This document shows positions 11,454 through 22,603 of a stretch of 64,000 nt of DNA, in pieces. Source of the stretch: an uncultured Candidatus Rokubacteria bacterium (GTDB lineage Bacteria > Methylomirabilota > Methylomirabilia > Rokubacteriales > CSP1-6); assembly GCA_963747235.1 (NCBI GenBank), contig CAVVEU010000033.1:192001-256000 (forward strand), in the 5' to 3' direction. The first letter of the stretch is position 1. Each line of letters opens with the position of its first letter. Under the pieces are notes generated by a model, which did not search any database, was not told the DNA's origin, and saw only the letters and a list, made by a program, of their open reading frames with translations. The position numbers and the translations under genes are program-made.

Positions 11454-12470
11454 TCACGCCGGCACGGCCAGCGCGGTGACGTGCGGCATGACCTCGGCGA
11501 CGAACAGGTCGACGTTGGCCGCCGCCTCCGCCTCGGTCATCTCGCCGAACATCAGCCGGCAGGTCATGTAGGTGCAGCCGCTCGCCGCCACCTGCCGCTC
11601 GAACTCCGCGCGGACCTGCGCCGGGGTGCCCGCGATGGCAATGCCGCGGCGCCGGGCCTCGTCGAAGTCGGGCGCGAAGCGGAACGGGATCGCGCCGAAG
11701 TCGCGCCAGAGCTTGGTGAGGTTGGCGTACCAGACCGCGTAGCTGGCGCGGCCGAGCGCCATGGCCGCGTCCTCGGTGGGGGCCACCACCACGTGGCGGC
11801 CCATGCCGAGCTTCGGGGTCGCGGCGTCGCCGTGCTTGCGCTGCCACACCTCGCGATAGCGCGCGAAGAGCGGCGCCGACACCTCGGCCCCCAGGTTGGT
11901 GATCACGTTGACGCGGTTGGTGGCCGCCCACTCCGCGCCGGCCGCGTGGCCGAGCCCGTACCAGAGCGGCGGGTGCGGCTTCTGGAGCGGCTTCAGGATC
12001 ATCGGGACCTTTCTGAAGGTGTACTTCGGCCCGCGGTGATCGAGCACGTCGCTCGTCAGCCCCTGCAGGACGATCTCGAGCGTCTCCCGGTAGATGTCCT
12101 CGGTCTCGAGGTGGTGCAGATCGAAGAAGGCCATCTCGTACGGGACGATGCCGCGGCCCACCCCGAAGTCGAACCGGCCCCGCGAGAGGTGATCGAGCAT
12201 GCAGACCTCCTCGATCAGGCGAAGCGGGTTGTAGAGCGGCAGGCAGTAGACGCAGGGCCCGAGGCGGATGCGCCGGGTGCGCTGGGTGGCCGCGGCCAGG
12301 AAGATGCCCGGCATGGGCGCCAGGCCGAGCGGCGTGGCGTGGTGCTCGGCCAGGTGGTAGGAGTAGAACCCCGCCGCGTCGTACTTCTCGAGCAGGCGCA
12401 GCCGGTGCTCGTAGAAGTCGGCCACCGGCATGTCGCGCCGGTCGAGATGATCGAAGATGCCCAGGTCCAT
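11454..12470 (-). CDS. LLM class flavin-dependent oxidoreductase
   Basis: LAEHH, NPLRLIEE, LDHLSRGRFDFGVGRG and PLQKPHPP motifs. Confidence 0.9.
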   Translation of the reverse strand: MDLGIFDHLDRRDMPVADFYEHRLRLLEKYDAAGFYSYHLAEHHATPLGLAPMPGIFLAAATQRTRRIRLGPCVYCLPLYNPLRLIEEVCMLDHLSRGRFDFGVGRGIVPYEMAFFDLHHLETEDIYRETLEIVLQGLTSDVLDHRGPKYTFRKVPMILKPLQKPHPPLWYGLGHAAGAEWAATNRVNVITNLGAEVSAPLFARYREVWQRKHGDAATPKLGMGRHVVVAPTEDAAMALGRASYAVWYANLTKLWRDFGAIPFRFAPDFDEARRRGIAIAGTPAQVRAEFERQVAASGCTYMTCRLMFGEMTEAEAAANVDLFVAEVMPHVTALAVPA

Positions 12471-12592
12471 GTGCCCTCCCGGGGCCCGCAGGGGCCAGCT
12501 TCCGCCCGTCTGGTGGCGGGACCGGCAGGTAGGGTACCATGGGGCCGTTTCTCAGAAGGACCCCCGGGGTGGGGCGGAGAGGAGCCAGCGCG

Positions 12593-14310
12593 ATGGCTTA
12601 TGACCTGCTGATCAAGAACGGATGGGTGGTGGACGGATCCGGCCTGCCGCGGTACCGCGGAGACGTGGGCGTGAAGGCCGGGAAGATCGTCGCCATCGGT
12701 CGGCTCCGCGAAGGCGCCCGTGAGGTCATCGACGCGGAGGGCAGAGTCGTCGCGCCGGGGTTCGTGGACGGGCACACCCACATGGACGCCCAGATCTTCT
12801 GGGACCCGCTCGGGACGTCGTCCTGCTGGCACGGCATCACCAGCGTGGTCATGGGCAACTGCGGCTTCACCCTCGCGCCCTGCGCCAAGGAAGACCGGCA
12901 CCTGGTCATCCGCAACCTGGAGCGCGCGGAGGACATCGCGGGCGAGGCCATGGAAGCCGGCATCGACTGGCGCTGGACGACGTTCCCCGAGTTCCTCGAC
13001 ACGCTCGACTCGCTGCCCAAGGGCATCAACTACTCGGGCTACATCGGCCACTCCGCGCTGCGCACCTACGTGATGGGCGAGCGCGCGTTCGACGGGCCCG
13101 CGACCGAGGCCGACCTGGCCGCGATGGAGCGCGAGCTGCGCAACGCGCTGATGGCCGGCGCCATCGGCTTCACGACTTCCAGGTCACCCAGCCACGAGAC
13201 GCCCGATTGCCGACCCGGTGGCGAGCCGCATGGCCGCCTGGAGCGAGGTGCAGCGGCTCGTCGGCGCGATGGGCGAGCTGAACGCGGGCATCTTCGAGCT
13301 CGCGGGCGAGGGCGTGGACCGGAAGGTGGACCACCCGGACCTGCCCGACTACCACAAGCGGCTCAAGGCCCTGGCGGTCGAGACCGGCCGGCCGATCACC
13401 TTCGGCCTCTTCACCCGCAAGGACGCGCCCGACATGTGGCGCCACTACGTGAAGCTGATCGAGGAGACCAACGCCGCGGGCGGGCGCATGTTCGCCCAGG
13501 TGCACAGCCGGGCGCTCTCGCGTGGTGCTCTCGTTCAAGACCCAGCTCCCGTTCGACCGGCTGCCGGTGTGGAAGGAGCTGCGCGCGCTGCCGCTGGGCG
13601 AGCAGCAGACGCGCCTGCGCGACCCCGAGCTGCGCAGGAAGCTGGTCGCGGCCGCGCGCGAGCGCGACGACCGGAAGGCCATCGGCACCGAGGCCCGGCA
13701 GGCCGCCTACGACTGGCTCTTCGTGATGGACTCGGTGGATCCGCCGCACAAGTCGGTGGCCGAGATCGCGCGCGAGCGCGGCGTGGATCCGGTCGAGGCG
13801 ATGATCGACCTCGCGCTGGAGAAGGACATGGATCGCTTCTTCTTCCAGCCGATCGCCAACGAGAACCAGGAGCTGGCGCTGGAGCTGATCAAGCACCCGC
13901 AGGCGGTGGTCACCTTCTCCGACTCGGGCGCGCACGTCTCCCAGCTCATGGACTCGTCGCTCCAGACCTACCTGCTCAGCCACTGGGTGCGCACCAAGCA
14001 GGCGCTCACGCTCGAGCAGGCGGTGCGCATGCTGTCGTTCGTGCCCGCGAGCTACTGGGGCTTCACGGATCGCGGCCTGATCCGCGAGGGCATGGCCGCC
14101 GACTTCGTGGTCTTCGATCCCGACACCATCGCGGCCGAGCTGCCCGAGGTGGTGCGGGACCTGCCCGCGGGGGCCAAGCGGCTGATCCAGCGCACCCGCG
14201 GCATCGCGGCCACCGTGGTCAACGGCGAGATCCTGCTGCGCGACGGCAAGCACACCGGCGCGCATCCCGGACGGCTCCTGCGCGGCCCGCTCGCGCGGGC
14301 GACCGCGTAG
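12593..14310 (+). CDS. N-acyl-D-amino-acid deacylase family amidohydrolase (2 frameshifts)
   Basis: PGFVDGHTHMDAQ, GNCGFTLAP, SDSGAH and DLPAGAKRL across ORFs 12539, 13218 and 13522. Confidence 0.85.
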
Positions 14311-14323
14311 CCGGAGGCCGCAC

Positions 14324-15320
14324 ATGGCCAAGCTGCTCGAAGGCAGGGCCGCGCTCGTGACGGGCGCGGGCCGCGGCATCGGCCGCGGCATCGCGATCGC
14401 GCTGGCCAAGGCCGGCGCCAAGGTGGTGGTGAACGACCTCGGCGCGGGCCTGGACGGCGAAGGGGTGGCCACCGGGCCGGCGGCCCAGGTGGTGGACGAG
14501 ATCGTCAAGGCGGGCGGCACCGCGTCGGCCAACTACGGCTCGGTGGCCGACCACAAGGCGGCCAACGACATGGTGGACCAGGTCGTGAAGACCTACGGCC
14601 GCATCGACATCCTGGTCAACGTGGCCGGCATCCTGCGCGACCGCATGATCTTCAACATGGCCAAGGAGGAGTGGGACGCGGTCCTCGCGGTGCATCTGGA
14701 CGGCACCTACTTCTGCACCCGGGCCGCCGCCCCCCACATGCGCGAGCAGAAGTACGGGCGCATCATCAGCATGTCGTCGGTCTCGGCGCTCGGGCTCGCC
14801 CGGGCAGCCCAACTACGGCGCGGCCAAGGCCGGCATCATCGGGCTCTCCTGGTCCACCGCCAACGGCATGGCCAAATACAACGTCACGTCGAACGCGATC
14901 ATGCCGAGCGGGGCGACCCGGATGATCGATTCCACCCCTCGTGGCCGGCAGGTCTTCGAGCAGACCGGCAAGTGGCCGAGCGAGCAGGCGATCGGCACCG
15001 AGCGCGATCCGGACAACGTGGCGCCGCTCGTGGTCTACCTGGCCAGCGAGGGCGCGGCCCACGTCAACGGGCAGGTGTTCCACTCCTTCGGCTACGGCTA
15101 CACCCTGATGGCGCTGCCCGAGCCCATCCGCCGCATCGAGGCGGACCGCAGACTCGAGCCCGAGGAGCTGGGCAAGCTCTTCCCGGACACGCTCGGCAAG
15201 GGGCTGCACGAGCCGCCGGGCACCAACTTCGGCAAGAGCCTCAACGAGCGGCCGAAGGAGGAGTGGAAGGATCTCGGCAAGGGCGTGCGGTACTGGCAGG
15301 CTCCCTGGGAGGCGCGTTGA
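14324..15320 (+). CDS. SDR family oxidoreductase (frameshift near 14800)
   Basis: TGAGRGIG, VVNDLG, AGILRDRM and NYGAAKAG motifs. Confidence 0.85.
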
Positions 15321-15818
15321 CCAACGTCCTGCTGGTCTGTCACGCCAATACCTGCCGCAGCGTGATGGCCCACGTCCTCCTGGAGAAGATGCTGGTCGAG
15401 CGGCGCCGGGACGGCACGGTGCGCGTGCGCTCGGGCGGCGTCGCCAACCACGCCCGCGACGGGATGATCCCCTCGCTCGACGCGCGCATCGTGCTGCGCG
15501 AGGACGACATCCACCTGGCCGAGGACGCCTTCGCGTCGACGGACCTCCGACGGCACCGGGAGATCGTGGCGGAGGCGCACCTGATCGTGACCATGACCGC
15601 GCAGCAGAAGGCCATGATCGGCGCCTACGAGGAAGCCCAGGGCCGGCCCATCCTGACCCTGCACGAGCTGGCCGGCGAGGGCGGCGACGTGGACGACCCG
15701 TTCGGCCAGGGCGAGGATCGCTACCGCGCGACGAAGGACGAGATCAAGCGGTGCCTCGAGCTGGGCGTGGACCGGATGCTGACGCTGCTGCAGGACCGGA
15801 AGGAGATCAGCGCAATGA
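15317..15818 (+). CDS. Low-molecular-weight phosphatase / ArsC-like protein (as sequenced, reads in frame into the next gene)
   Basis: TTG start overlapping the SDR stop; VCHANTCRS (CxxNxCRS) P-loop and DVDDPFG motif. Confidence 0.75.
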
Positions 15819-16342
15819 GCGACGAGCAGGTCCTCTACGATCCCACCGCCGAGCCGCGCATCCTGGCATCGGGCCTGGCCCCGCGCCTGGAAAGCCTCGA
15901 GGGCAAGCGCGCGGGCATCCTCGACAACAGCAAGGCCAACGCGGGCACTCTGATGCTGGCGGTGGTCGCGCGCCTCAAGGAGAAGTACGGCGTCCGTGAC
16001 GTCGTCAAGCGCGAGAAGGGCATCGCGGGTGCGCCGTCGCCCGATATCCTGGCCGCGCTCACGACGTGCGACTTCGTCCTGGTCGGCAGCGCCGACTGAG
16101 GGTCGTGCACGTCGTGGAGTATCCACGGCGCCATCGTGCTGGAGCAGCGGGGGATCCCCACCGTGGTCATGGGGACGTATGAGTTCGAGCAGCTCGCCAG
16201 GCTCGAGGCCAAGAACCGCGGGCTCGCCGACCTGCCCCTGGCCCTGATCCCCCACCCGCTGGGCGGCATCCGCGAGGACGAGGTCCTGAAGAAGGCGGAG
16301 CTGGCGGTCGAGATCGTCCGCAAGGCCGTCACCCGCGCATGA
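15815..16342 (+). CDS. UGSC-family selenoprotein (in-frame UGA at 16097-16099)
   Basis: LDNSKANA...GSAD-TGA-GSCTSWSIH; the frame stays open to 16342 (GIPTV, IPHPLGG); hairpin just downstream of the UGA. Confidence 0.85.
16110..16130 (+). promoter_or_regulatory. Putative bacterial SECIS element
   Basis: CGTCGTGGA-GTA-TCCACGGCG 9-bp stem; loop begins 20 nt after the in-frame UGA. Confidence 0.65.
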
Positions 16343-17432
16343 GCACGCTCGGGCCCGGCGGCCAGGACGCTTCCGCCTCAGGGGCGGCTACTCCGCGATC
16401 AACCGGCACTACCAGGACCAGGGCTGGACGGACGGGCTGCCGATCGTGCCGCCCACCGAGGACGACCTGCGCGAGTTCCTGCGCTTCACCGACCGGGCCC
16501 CGCGCGACGCTGGTGGCGGTGCTGCCGCCGCGCCAGGGCGAGGCCACGTGGAGCGCATCGCGATCAACGCGATCATGGCGGGCTGCCGGCCGGAGTACCT
16601 GCCGGTCATCCTCACCGCGGTCGAGGCGCTGGCCGACCCCCTGTTCAACCTCGACTCGATCCAGGCCACCACGCACCCGGTGGCGCCGCTGATCATCGTC
16701 AACGGGCCGATCGCGAAGGAGATCGGCATCAACGCGGGCTACAACGCCTTCGGCCAGGGCTTCCGCGCCAACGTCACGATCGGACGCGCGATCCGGCTCC
16801 TGCTGATGAACGTGGGCGGCGGGCTGCCCGGCACCGGCGACCGCGCCACCCAGGGCAGCCCGGCCAAGATCGCCTACTGCGTGGCCGAGAACGAGGAGGC
16901 GAACCCGTGGGAGCCGCTGCACGTCGAGCACGGCTTCCCGGCCGACGCGAGCGTGGTCACCGCGATCGCGTGCGAGGGCCCGCACAATATCCAGGACCAC
17001 TTCAGCTACACGGGCCTCGGCATCCTGAAGGTGGTCGCGGGCGCCATGGGCCAGGCGGGCAGCAACAACATCCTGGCCGGCGGCCATCCCCTGCTCTCGC
17101 TGGGCCCCGAGCACGCCGCCACCATCGCGCGCGACGGCTACACCAAGCGGCAGGTGAAGGAGTTCCTCTTCGAGCACGCGCGCTTCCCGCTGGCCCGGCT
17201 GGGCGACGAGTACCGCGCGCACCTGATCCAGCGCGGGGCCAAGGACGCGCCCGACACCATGATCCCCGCGGTGCGCTCCGCCGACGACGTGACCGTGATC
17301 GTGACCGGCGGCGCGGGCAAGCACTCCTGCTGGCAGCCCACGTTCGGCGACCAGACCTGGCCAGCGCGGCGCGCCATCGCTCGGGCGGACGGCACCCCGC
17401 TGAAGTCGGTCGCCGAGCTGGTCCGCCGCTAG
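16339..17432 (+). CDS. Conserved UGSC-associated protein of unknown function (frameshifts at the 5' end)
   Basis: GWTDGLPIVPPT, IAINAIMAGCRPEYLPV, RANVTIGRAIRL, AENEE..PW and GGAGKHS motifs; ATGA overlap with the UGSC gene. Confidence 0.75.
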
Positions 17433-17449
17433 CCCGCTCCCGGTCGTCC

Positions 17450-18166
17450 ATGCGGGTGCTGGTGGCGGGCGCGAGCGGCATCATCGGACAGCGGCTCGTG
17501 AGGCTCCTCGCGGCCGCCGGCCATGTGGTGACGGGCACGACTCGCTCGCCCGAGCGGGCCGCGGCCATCCGCGCGGCCGGCGCGACCCCAATCATGGTGA
17601 ACGCCTTCGACGCGCAGCAGCTCGGCGATGCCCTCGACGCCGCCCGGCCTGTGGTCGTCGTCCACCAGCTCACCGACCTGCCGGATCGCCTCGATCCCAC
17701 CAGCGTCGCCGACACGCTCGCGCGCAACGCGCGGGTTCGTACGGAAGGCACCCGCAATCTCGTCGCCGCCGCGGTGCGCGCGGGGACCCGCCGCCTGGTC
17801 GCCCAGTCCATCGCCTGGGCCTACGCGCCCGGGCCGGAGCCGCATCGGGAAGACGACGCCCTCGACACGGACGCCGAGGGGATCCGTCGCGTGACGATCC
17901 AGGGCGTGGTCGAGCTCGAGCGCCTTGTGACGTCGGTTCCCCGGCTCGAAGGAGTCGTGCTGCGCTACGGGCAGCTCTACGGGCCCGGCACCTGGAACAC
18001 CGCCCCGGCCGGGAATGCCCCGGTGCACGTGAACGCCGCCGCCCGCGCCGCCGCGCTGGCCGTCGCCCGCGGCGAGCCGGGCGCCTACAACATCGTCGAG
18101 GACGGCGGCGCCGCGTCCAACGCGAAGGCGCGCGCACGGCTCGGCTGGGAGCCTGGGCTCAGGTAA
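17450..18166 (+). CDS. NAD-dependent epimerase/dehydratase family protein
   Basis: AGASGIIG, VHQLTDL, EGTRNL and LRYGQLYGPGT motifs. Confidence 0.85.
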   Translation: MRVLVAGASGIIGQRLVRLLAAAGHVVTGTTRSPERAAAIRAAGATPIMVNAFDAQQLGDALDAARPVVVVHQLTDLPDRLDPTSVADTLARNARVRTEGTRNLVAAAVRAGTRRLVAQSIAWAYAPGPEPHREDDALDTDAEGIRRVTIQGVVELERLVTSVPRLEGVVLRYGQLYGPGTWNTAPAGNAPVHVNAAARAAALAVARGEPGAYNIVEDGGAASNAKARARLGWEPGLR

Positions 18167-18248
18167 CTCCGGCGCCCGTCCAAAGGCAAGCGACTCGGTG
18201 CTACCATGGGTGGCCGTAGGCCCAACTAAAGGCCAAGGAGCGCAGAGC

Positions 18249-19173
18249 GTGAGCACACCCGATCGCAATTTCCGGCGTCCTCTCCCCCGTCGTCACCCCG
18301 TTCAAGGCCGACCTCTCCCCCGATCCGGAGCGCTTCGTGCGGCAGTGCCGCTGGCTCCTGTCGCAGGACGTGGGGCTCGCGGTGTTCGGGACGAACTCGG
18401 AGGCCAACTCGCTGTCCACCGAGGAGAAGATCGAGTTGCTCGACCGCGTGGTCGCGGGCGGCGTCGATCCGGGGCGGCTCATGCCGGGCACCGGCTGCTG
18501 CGCGCTCACCGATTCGGTGCGGCTCACCGCGCACGCCATGAAGCTGGGCGCGGGCGGCGTGCTGATGCTGCCGCCCTTCTACTACAAGGGCGTCTCCGAC
18601 GACGGCCTCTTCCGGAGCTTCGCGGAGGTGATCGAGCGGGTGGGCGACCGGCGGCTGCGCCTGTACGTCTACCACATCCCCCCGGTCTCCCAGGTGCCGA
18701 TCACGCTCGGCCTCATCGAGCGGCTGCTCAAGGCCTACCCGGGCATCGTGGCCGGCGTGAAGGACAGCTCGGGCGACTGGAACAACACCAAGGCGATGCT
18801 GGACGCCTTCGCGGCCGGCGGCTTCGACGTCTTCGCGGGCAGCGAGACCTTCCTGCTCGCCAACATGCGCGGCGGCGGCGCCGGCTGCATCAGCGCCACC
18901 GCCAACGTGAACCCCGGGCCCATCGCGAAGCTCCACCGCGAGTGGCAGAACCCGGACGCGGACGCCCAGCAGGCGCGCCTCGACGAGATCCGCGGCATCA
19001 TGCAGCGCTATCCGATGATCCCCGCGCTCAAGGCGGTCATCGCGCGCTACGGCGGCGACGGCTCCTGGGTCACGGTGCGCCCGCCTCTGGTGGCGCTCAC
19101 GCCCGAGCAGCGCGCGGCGCTCGCGGCCGAGCTCGGGCGCGCCGCCTTCATCATGCCGGGACTGGGGGAGTGA
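18249..19173 (+). CDS. Dihydrodipicolinate synthase (DapA-like) family aldolase (frameshift near 18270)
   Basis: PVVTPF, FGTNSE, LPPFYYK, YHIP and GVKDSSGD motifs. Confidence 0.85.
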
Positions 19174-19177
19174 CGCC

Positions 19178-20017
19178 ATGAACGAGCTGGCCGGTCGTCT
19201 CAATGCCCTCTGCGACGCGCTCCCGTTCCAGACGAGCTGGTATCTGAAGGATCTCGCGAGCGGGCAGCGCGCCGATCGCCTGGGCGACGTGCCGGTGCCC
19301 TCGGCGAGCACGCGCAAGATCTCGATCCTGATGGCCGCGCTCAAGGCCGTCCACGACGGCAAGCTCGCGCTGGACCAGAAGGTGACCATCGAGGCCAAGT
19401 ACCAGGACAACGACTCGGGCACCTTCCAGCACCTGACGCCCGGCTTCGCGATCACCTTCCGCGACGCGCTGGTGATGATGATCATCGTCAGCGACAACAC
19501 CTGCACCGGAACCGTGGTGGACCTGGTCGGCCTCGGCGAGATCCAGCGGCTCTGCGAGGCGGTCGGCATGACGCGGACCATCCACCGCTTCGGCATTCCC
19601 CCGCGCCTCGGCCCCGACCACGCGCTCGATCAGGTCACCAGCACCACGCCCAGCGACCAGGGGCTGCTGCTGGAGGCGATCCTGAAGGGCGCGGACGATC
19701 CGGCCGCGGCCGCGCGCATGGGCGTGACCCCCGCGCTCTGCCGGCTCGCGCTCGACATCCTCTCGTGGCAGAAGCTCAAGGCGCGCCTGCCCTCGCAGCT
19801 CCCGCTCGGCACGAAGATCGCGCACAAGACCGGCACCGGCTCGCGCGGCTTCATGGACGCGGGCATCGTCTACCAGGGCGACCGGCCGCTCTTCATCTTC
19901 ACCGCCTACACCGACCGCGTGCCCGCCGCGCTGCCCGACGGCACGCCCGGCTTCACCGCGGCCAACACCGTGATCGGCCGCATGGCGCGCGTCTGCTGGG
20001 ACGCGCTCGCCCGCTAG
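19178..20017 (+). CDS. Serine hydrolase, class A beta-lactamase-like fold
   Basis: STRK (SxxK), SDN and HKTG motifs; no signal peptide. Confidence 0.8.
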   Translation: MNELAGRLNALCDALPFQTSWYLKDLASGQRADRLGDVPVPSASTRKISILMAALKAVHDGKLALDQKVTIEAKYQDNDSGTFQHLTPGFAITFRDALVMMIIVSDNTCTGTVVDLVGLGEIQRLCEAVGMTRTIHRFGIPPRLGPDHALDQVTSTTPSDQGLLLEAILKGADDPAAAARMGVTPALCRLALDILSWQKLKARLPSQLPLGTKIAHKTGTGSRGFMDAGIVYQGDRPLFIFTAYTDRVPAALPDGTPGFTAANTVIGRMARVCWDALAR

Positions 20018-20032
20018 CCCGGCTCCCGCCGC

Positions 20033-20770
20033 GTGCCCGCCAAGAAGCCGAGCGAGCCGCCCGCGCCGAAGCGGGCGATGAGCATCCACGCGCATCCGGA
20101 CGACCAGGAGTTCACGGTCGGCGGCACGCTGGCCAAGTGGGCGCGCGCCGGCTGCGAGATCGTCACGGTCTGCATCACCAGCGGGGGCGCCGGCTCCAAC
20201 AAGTTCACTCCGCCCGAGATGACGCGCGAGGCGCTGGTGGCCATCCGGGAGGAGGAGCAGCGCGAAGCCGGCCGCATCCTGGGCGTGAAGGAGACGATCT
20301 ACCTGGGCTACGAGGACGGCATGCTGGAGCCGTCCATCCCCTTGCGCCGCGAGCTGACGCGCCTGATCCGCCGCTACCGCCCCGAGGCGGTGCTGACCGG
20401 CGATCCCACCGTGCGCTACTACGGCCCCACCTACATGAACCACCCGGACCATCGCGCCGCCGCCGACGTGGCGCTCGACGCGGTCTTCCCCTCGGCGGGC
20501 ACGCGCCTGATCTTCCCCGAGCTGCTCGCGGAAGGCCTCGAGCCGCACGAGGTGCGCCAGGTCTACATCCACGGCGCGGAGCGCGCGGATACCTACGTGG
20601 ACATCGCGGAGACGCTCGACGTGAAGCTGGCCGCGCTGCGCGCCCACAAGAGCCAGATGGGCGAGTGGGACCCGAGCGAGATGATCACCCAGTGGGCCGC
20701 CGAGCAGGGCCGCCGGCGGAAGCTGAAGGCGGCGGAGTCCTACCGCCGCATGATCCTGCAGGACGTCTGA
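20033..20770 (+). CDS. PIG-L family deacetylase
   Basis: AHPDD, HPDH and AHKSQ motifs. Confidence 0.85.
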   Translation: MPAKKPSEPPAPKRAMSIHAHPDDQEFTVGGTLAKWARAGCEIVTVCITSGGAGSNKFTPPEMTREALVAIREEEQREAGRILGVKETIYLGYEDGMLEPSIPLRRELTRLIRRYRPEAVLTGDPTVRYYGPTYMNHPDHRAAADVALDAVFPSAGTRLIFPELLAEGLEPHEVRQVYIHGAERADTYVDIAETLDVKLAALRAHKSQMGEWDPSEMITQWAAEQGRRRKLKAAESYRRMILQDV

Positions 20771-20779
20771 GCGCCCGAC

Positions 20780-21800
20780 CTACCCGACGTAGCCCTTCCG
20801 GTGGAAGTAGTTCGCGTTGTAGAACTCGAGCACCAGGTCGCCGTAGACCGCGGGCGGGTAGCGCGGCGGATCGTCGGGCCCGGTGCAGCTCGGCAGGCAC
20901 TCGATGCGGGTGGCGATGTTCGGGCTGTAGAAGAACGCGATCGAGTAGCGGTCGGCCCCGGACTCGTTCAGCACCGCGTGCGGCGTCGAGAGGAAGCGGT
21001 CGTTGGACCACCGCTTCATCATGTTGCCCAGGTTGACCAGGAAGGTGCCCGGGATCAGCGGCGGCGCCAGCCACTCCCCCGACGGCAGCCGCACCGCCAG
21101 CCCCGGCACCTCGGTGCGCGCCAGGATCGTGATGAACGAGTTGTCGGTGTGCGGGCCCTGGCCGAACTGCTCGTCGTCGGCGATGTCCTGCGGCGGGTAG
21201 TGGAGGAAGCGCAGGTTGATGTGCGCCTCGTCGGCGAAGAACGGGGCGAAGTGCTCCGCGGGCATGCCGAGGGCCCGGGCCAGCACCGGCAGCATGCGCT
21301 CGCCCACACCTTCCAGGGTCTTGAAGTACGTCACCATCGCGGCCCGCATGCGCGCGTGCCCCTCGGGCCACTGGTTGCGGCCGCGCAGCGGTGTCGCCGG
21401 CCACCACGTCCGGATGATCGGCGCCGCGATCGTGGCTGATGAAGAAGCTCTCGTTGTAGTTGGGACGGGTGGCCTTGTGGATCGTCGAGGCCCCCTGGAT
21501 GGACTGGTTCACCGGCAGGTAGCCGATGTTGTTCTCGTTGAGCTTGAGGCGCTGCTTCTCCGGATCCGGGAGCGCGTGCAGCTCGCGCGAGGCGGCGAAG
21601 GCCGCGTCCACCACCGCGTCCGGGACGCCGTGGCCGGCCAGGTAGAAGAAGCCGACGGACTCGCTGGCGCGCTTGACCTGGCGCGCGACGGCCTCGAGGC
21701 CGCCCGGGGCTCCGGAGAAGGCGGGCGAGAAGTCGATGACCGGGATGTCCCGCGTGGCTTCCTCGACGTTCTTCACCGCCAGGGACTTGAGGATGTTCAT
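20780..21800 (-). CDS. Isopenicillin N synthase-like 2OG-Fe(II) oxygenase (frameshift near 21400)
   Basis: IPVIDF, GFFYLAGHGV, HTD, NLGNMMKRWSN, TPH and RYS motifs. Confidence 0.9.
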
Positions 21801-21909
21801 GACCGGGTCTCCCTCCGACCCGGATCGTAGCGCACCCCCGCGCGATACGGCAAATGACGCCGGCGGGGCCGCGCGACCGCCCCGCCGGCGAGCGAACGAC
21901 CAGCCGATC

Positions 21910-22191
21910 TCAGCAGGCCGGAAGCGAGCGGAGATTGGCCTCGATCTTGTCGCCGACCTTCAGGTCCTTCAGCGTGTCCTTCGAGGCCTGGAACTCGTGC
22001 GTCTTGCCATCGGCCTCCGCCACCGCGACCTTGCCGCCCGCGGTGTCCACCCGGACCACCCGCCCCTCGACCTTCTGGGGCGCCGAGGCCTTCATCTGAT
22101 CGCACGAGGGCTTGCCCTGCCCGGCCGCGAACCCCGCCCAGAGCGGGATCGCGACCATGACACCTACCGCCAATGCCTTGTACGGCTTCAT
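21910..22191 (-). CDS. Small secreted OB-fold-like hypothetical protein
   Basis: Signal peptide; VEGRVVRVD..LKVGDKI; one Cys near each end of the mature part. Confidence 0.6.
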   Translation of the reverse strand: MKPYKALAVGVMVAIPLWAGFAAGQGKPSCDQMKASAPQKVEGRVVRVDTAGGKVAVAEADGKTHEFQASKDTLKDLKVGDKIEANLRSLPAC

Positions 22192-22203
22192 GAGCTCCTC
22201 CGC

Positions 22204-22431
22204 TTACTTGGACTTCGTGATGTCGTAGATGGCGCCGGCGGCGGCGCCCACGCCCGTCCCGATCAGCGCGCCCTTGCCGGCCCCGTACCCGGTTCCGGCA
22301 CCGACCGCGGCTCCCGCACCGGCGCCGACCGCGGCACCGCCCAGCGTTCCACACGCCGTCGTGGCGAGCGTGACCAGCGAGAGGCCGATCACGGCGGATG
22401 CGATTCTCGTCTTCACGGTTTTCGTCGTCAT
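22204..22431 (-). CDS. Glycine-zipper small lipoprotein
   Basis: TTAC lipobox followed by GAAVGAGAGAAVG / GALIGTGVGAAAGA repeats. Confidence 0.7.
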   Translation of the reverse strand: MTTKTVKTRIASAVIGLSLVTLATTACGTLGGAAVGAGAGAAVGAGTGYGAGKGALIGTGVGAAAGAIYDITKSK

Positions 22432-22603
22432 GGTTCACCTCCTGCGCGGTTCCACTTTCAACCCGCGTGCCAGCGGGCCGGGCACGACGCCGCGCGTAAA
22501 TCCCGCGCAATTGGAGGCACCGGACCTTCGCGACTCGCCCCGGCGGAGAAAAAGGTACACTCCCGGCGGCGTAAGAATTACCGGAGGACGGAGAAGAAGA
22601 CCC

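Noticed and set aside
19178-20017. Beta-lactam resistance gene
   Set aside because: It has the fold motifs only; there is no signal peptide and the context is catabolic, so resistance is unsupported.
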